Positions 22,840 through 24,000 of a stretch of 24,000 bases of DNA are shown one piece after another. The number at the start of each line of letters is the position of its first letter. Within the stretch, counting starts at the first letter, position 1. The notes under the pieces were generated by a model that was not told the DNA's origin, did no database searches, and saw only the letters and a list, made by a program, of their open reading frames with translations. Source of the DNA: Eubacteriales bacterium (GTDB lineage Bacteria > Bacillota > Clostridia > Christensenellales > Aristaeellaceae); assembly GCA_031549105.1 (NCBI GenBank), contig JAVBQK010000075.1, forward strand, positions 22,503 through 46,502, given 5' to 3'. The translations under genes were made by a program, and so were the position numbers.

Positions 22840-24000
22840 TTACCTCCCGCCGTTTGCCTTCCCGCCATATTTCTTGCGCAGGGCGTTCAGCCCATCATCA
22901 CCAATTTCCTTCCTGATCTTCGCCATGTAGTCCCGCCCCTCGGCGGTGTATCCATACAAAATAGCCTGTATCTGCGCATTCGAAGCCGAACCCAACAGCG
23001 CGTCCCAATCGGTCGTGCTTTTCCCGCCCGACTTTTTACCCCCGCCGCTGCCACCGCTGGCCTTGTTGGCCGCCATCTGGTATTCCTTCTCCCAATTGGC
23101 CTGCTGCTGGGCATCATGTGTCCGCTGGTATTCAAAATCCCGCTCGTTCAGCCATCGGTTGTAAGCATCCATATACGCGCCGTATTCCTCGTCATACATA
23201 GCGTTTTTCTTGCCGGAATAATAATCCCGGTCCGTCGCCCAGTTGCCGTATTCGTCCCGGTACCGCCCGTAATCGGTATCATCCAGCCCGCGCAGCATAC
23301 CCATCTCGTTATACATGTCCTGCCCCTGGTCACGGTACATGCCATACGCCGCGTCGCGCAGCGTGGGGATAACATCATTGATCTTTTGTGTGTACTGCTG
23401 ATACGCCTGATTCCCGGCTGTCGCCGCGTAGCTGTTGCCGTACCCGCCCGTCAGTGCCGCCGCACTGCCCGTCGCGTCCTGCATGGCCTGCTTCCCAAGC
23501 TGCATGTAATTGCCTTTGTACTGCTGATACAAGGGGTCAGCGTTGAAGTCATACGAAAAAGGCTCCCGATTCTGAATCTTCGCTAGCAGTTCGTCAATCT
23601 GCGCCTGATACTTGCTATCATACGGCTCCGGCTTGTTGCCCTCCAGCTCCGCCAGCTGGTCCAACAGCGATTGGTACCCGGCGGATGGGCTGTACTGCGG
23701 TTTCGGTGCGGAATATGAAAAGCCCGAATACCCGGACGATCCGGTCGGAGAGTATATCCCGGACGCACCGCCCGCCGCACCGCTGCCACCGCTCCCCGTA
23801 AGTGAACCCCAGGTGTTCGTCCCGGCGATGCCGTCCACCGCCAGCCCCATCCGCGCCTGATAATCCCGCACCGCCCGCTGGGTGTCATTTCCGAAAATGC
23901 CGTCCACTTTCAGGTTGAACCCGTTTCGGTTCAGCAGCGTTTGCAGCTCCGAAACCGAGCTGCCGCGCGCGCCCAGCTTGATCGTACCGTACCCCACCAT
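22840..24000 (-). CDS. Peptidoglycan-binding (PG_binding_1) domain protein with Gly/Ser linker and a Tyr/Asp/Gln-rich C-terminal region
   Basis: N-terminus LGARGSSVSELQTLLNRNGFNLKVDGIFGNDTQRAVRDYQARMGLAVDGIAGTNTWGSL. The ATG is exactly at the window edge, so the true start cannot be confirmed. It stops 8 nt before the giant gene. Confidence 0.7.
   Translation of the reverse strand: MVGYGTIKLGARGSSVSELQTLLNRNGFNLKVDGIFGNDTQRAVRDYQARMGLAVDGIAGTNTWGSLTGSGGSGAAGGASGIYSPTGSSGYSGFSYSAPKPQYSPSAGYQSLLDQLAELEGNKPEPYDSKYQAQIDELLAKIQNREPFSYDFNADPLYQQYKGNYMQLGKQAMQDATGSAAALTGGYGNSYAATAGNQAYQQYTQKINDVIPTLRDAAYGMYRDQGQDMYNEMGMLRGLDDTDYGRYRDEYGNWATDRDYYSGKKNAMYDEEYGAYMDAYNRWLNERDFEYQRTHDAQQQANWEKEYQMAANKASGGSGGGKKSGGKSTTDWDALLGSASNAQIQAILYGYTAEGRDYMAKIRKEIGDDGLNALRKKYGGKANGGR

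Overview
High-GC window that looks Clostridia-like (GGAGG-type RBSs, many ATGA stop/start overlaps). All calls come from reading the ORF translations and the DNA by eye; no database search was run. The left edge (1-~1000) looks chromosomal: a partial CDS, an ArAE/FUSC-type membrane protein and an intact tRNA-Arg(CCG) with promoter and terminator. From ~1.0 kb to the right edge almost everything is on the minus strand and derived from a mobile element. (i) 1183-7666 is a phage late module: BppU-N/collagen-like fibre, two paralogous 7-bladed beta-propeller proteins, a beta-class DNA methyltransferase, an NlpC/P60-SH3 endolysin, a small membrane protein and a phiLC3-type holin. It carries two apparent lesions: an in-frame TAG in the fibre gene, and a 1-nt deletion that fuses propeller 2 to the methyltransferase. 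(ii) 7667-13805 is a compositionally patchy cargo island with an SLOG/DUF1273 protein, a sigma/anti-sigma single ORF plus a secreted protein, an XRE regulator, a ParE/Phd-like TA pair and, most notably, a complete arsR-hgcA-hgcB mercury-methylation operon with its own promoter, palindromic operator candidate and terminator. (iii) 13806-22832 is a 3008-aa polyvalent-type giant protein with an HExxH zincin-like module, a low-GC PBECR-like module, a Pro/Thr linker, a coiled coil and C-terminal helical repeats. It is preceded by a peptidoglycan-binding-domain protein (22840-24000). Most long plus-strand ORFs in the track are high-GC shadow ORFs.
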